A DNA stretch of 64,000 nucleotides from Rhodospirillales bacterium (GTDB lineage: Bacteria > Pseudomonadota > Alphaproteobacteria > Micavibrionales > Micavibrionaceae), in assembly GCA_020638295.1 (NCBI GenBank), contig JACKIU010000002.1:505495-569494 (forward strand). The letters run 5' to 3'. The notes under the pieces were generated by a model, which was not told the DNA's origin, did not search any database, and saw only the letters and a program-made list of their open reading frames with translations. Of this stretch, positions 62,588 to 64,000 are shown piece by piece (the stretch's first letter is position 1; each line of letters starts with the position of its first letter). The translations under genes were made by a program, and so were the position numbers.

Positions 62588-63709
62588 ATGAATAGCGCAC
62601 TCAAAAACCTTCTTCGCCCCCACTATATCGACCTGCAGGGCTATGTCTCCGCCGGAATGGAAAGCGATAAATCGGCCGAGAAAATATTTCTCAACGCCAA
62701 TGAAAACCCGTACGAATTACCGGGCTTAGAGGGTTTTAACCGCTACCCAGAACCCCAACCCAAGGCTCTGGCCGCCGCCTACGCCAAAGCCTATAACGTA
62801 AGCTCCGACCAACTTGTCATGACCCGCGGCGCCGACGAAGCCATCGTCATTCTGACCAAGCTGTTTTGCGAACCCGGCAACGACGCGATTCTGATCTGCC
62901 CGCCGACCTTCGGCATGTACGGCGTCGATGCCAAAGCCATGCCCGCCGATGTGGTTGAAGTGCCACTCCGCAAAACGGACGGCACCTTCACACTCGATCA
63001 AAAAGCCATCGTGCACGCCACCTTCACCCCGGGCCAAAACATCAAACTGATCTATATCTGTTCACCCAACAACCCGACGGGCACCAGCTTCCCCCACGAT
63101 CAAATCGCCGAAATCTGCCGCGAAGTCGAAGACAAAGCGGTTGTTATTTTGGATGAAACCTACGCCGAATTTTCCAGCGCTGGCTCGATGACCGACCGCC
63201 TCGACGATCACCCGAACCTCATCATCCTGCGCACCCTTTCAAAAAGCTACGCGATGGCCGGCATGCGGATGGGATGCTTCCTCAGCGCCGACACCGACTT
63301 CATCGCGCTGGTCAAGGCCAAGGCGCTCGATGCCTATCCACTGCCCTGCGCCAGCGTCGAAGCCGCCCTGCATGTCCTGTCCGATGACATCCGCCCGCTC
63401 GCCAAAGCCAATATTGAAAAACTATTGGACGAACGCGAACGCCTCATCCCTTTGCTGAGCGGCAATGCCCTCGTCAAACACATCTACCCTTCCGATGCCA
63501 ATTTTCTGCTGATTGAAATGGACGATAAAAAATGCCGGGCCAGTGAATTCATCAAATTCGTCGCCGAGAACAACGTCATCATCCGCGACTTCTCATCAAA
63601 ACCACTGACCAAAAACTGCATCCGCCTCTCCATCGGCACCCCTGAGCAAAATGATCTGGTGCTCAGAATTCTGGAAGGTTTTGGCAGACAAGAAAATGCA
63701 AAACGATAA
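62588..63709 (+). CDS. hisC: Histidinol-phosphate aminotransferase
   Basis: It carries LNANENPY and the PLP-Lys context TLSKSYAMAGMRMG. Confidence 0.9.
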   Translation: MNSALKNLLRPHYIDLQGYVSAGMESDKSAEKIFLNANENPYELPGLEGFNRYPEPQPKALAAAYAKAYNVSSDQLVMTRGADEAIVILTKLFCEPGNDAILICPPTFGMYGVDAKAMPADVVEVPLRKTDGTFTLDQKAIVHATFTPGQNIKLIYICSPNNPTGTSFPHDQIAEICREVEDKAVVILDETYAEFSSAGSMTDRLDDHPNLIILRTLSKSYAMAGMRMGCFLSADTDFIALVKAKALDAYPLPCASVEAALHVLSDDIRPLAKANIEKLLDERERLIPLLSGNALVKHIYPSDANFLLIEMDDKKCRASEFIKFVAENNVIIRDFSSKPLTKNCIRLSIGTPEQNDLVLRILEGFGRQENAKR

Positions 63710-63768
63710 CCATCAAGAGTATGAATGGGATTCTTTCACCTCACACACAAGTGAAGATGATCTCCCCC

Positions 63769-64000
63769 TTATTTCTTGGAGCGCTTGGGCGTGAGCATAA
63801 ACGCGTCCGGATCTTCTTTCTCCGGCGGTTTGGGCGGCAAGTAGTCCGCTGAGCTTTTACCGTTGAGCGGATTCGGTTGTTGCTGGAGTCTGGCTACCCG
63901 TTGCTTGGCCTTTCTATAGGCATCGACATTCAGGCTCTCGACCAGGCTTAAAAAACTTTTGTCCTGATTGCTCAGTTCATCGTAATGCTCTTTGATATCC
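63769..64000 (-). CDS. Hypothetical protein, 5'-truncated by the window edge
   Basis: An open frame on the minus strand, ...DIKEHYDELSNQDKSFLSLVESLNVDAYRKAKQRV...LTPKRSKK, ends at the TAA at 63769-63771. It is not in the ORF track because it has no start within the window. Confidence 0.35.
   Translation of the reverse strand, partial: DIKEHYDELSNQDKSFLSLVESLNVDAYRKAKQRVARLQQQPNPLNGKSSADYLPPKPPEKEDPDAFMLTPKRSKK

Overview
The window looks like a gene-dense core chromosomal segment of an alphaproteobacterium, judged from gene content and order. Evidence includes hisZ-purA, tilS-ftsH, ybgF-pal, rsmI/yraN/BON/lpoA-like, oxyR-ahpCD, gmd-fcl, anmK-tsaC, tyrS, gyrB and hisC. The plus strand is C-rich throughout and most genes are on the minus strand. 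I found no rRNA, tRNA, CRISPR array, transposase, integrase or prophage genes. I could not support any clear multi-gene novel system such as a defence island. The best leads are these. (1) An orphan transcription unit of about 300 nt in the 588-bp gap at 38.5-39.1 kb, with promoter, terminator and two perfect 10-bp long-range helices, is a candidate structured ncRNA. (2) A palindromic MITE/REP-like repeat family (CGTCATTGCGAG...CTCGCAATGACG) has 4 clear copies plus 2 degenerate or related ones, and a separate G/C-tract palindrome sits in-frame inside tsaC. (3) Two pseudo-enzymes are present: a membrane-anchored kinase-fold protein lacking the catalytic Asp and Lys, and an orphan CheD-fold protein lacking Cys, His and Thr. 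(4) A small operon encodes a permuted papain-like (LRAT/PPPDE-type NCH motif) protein. (5) mnmA and an mscS-family gene are each broken by two 1-nt deletions; three of the four sit at short homopolymers, so sequencing error and real decay cannot be separated here. Several single-gene AT-rich islets carry orphan genes. All functional calls rest on motif recognition by eye, and no database search was possible.
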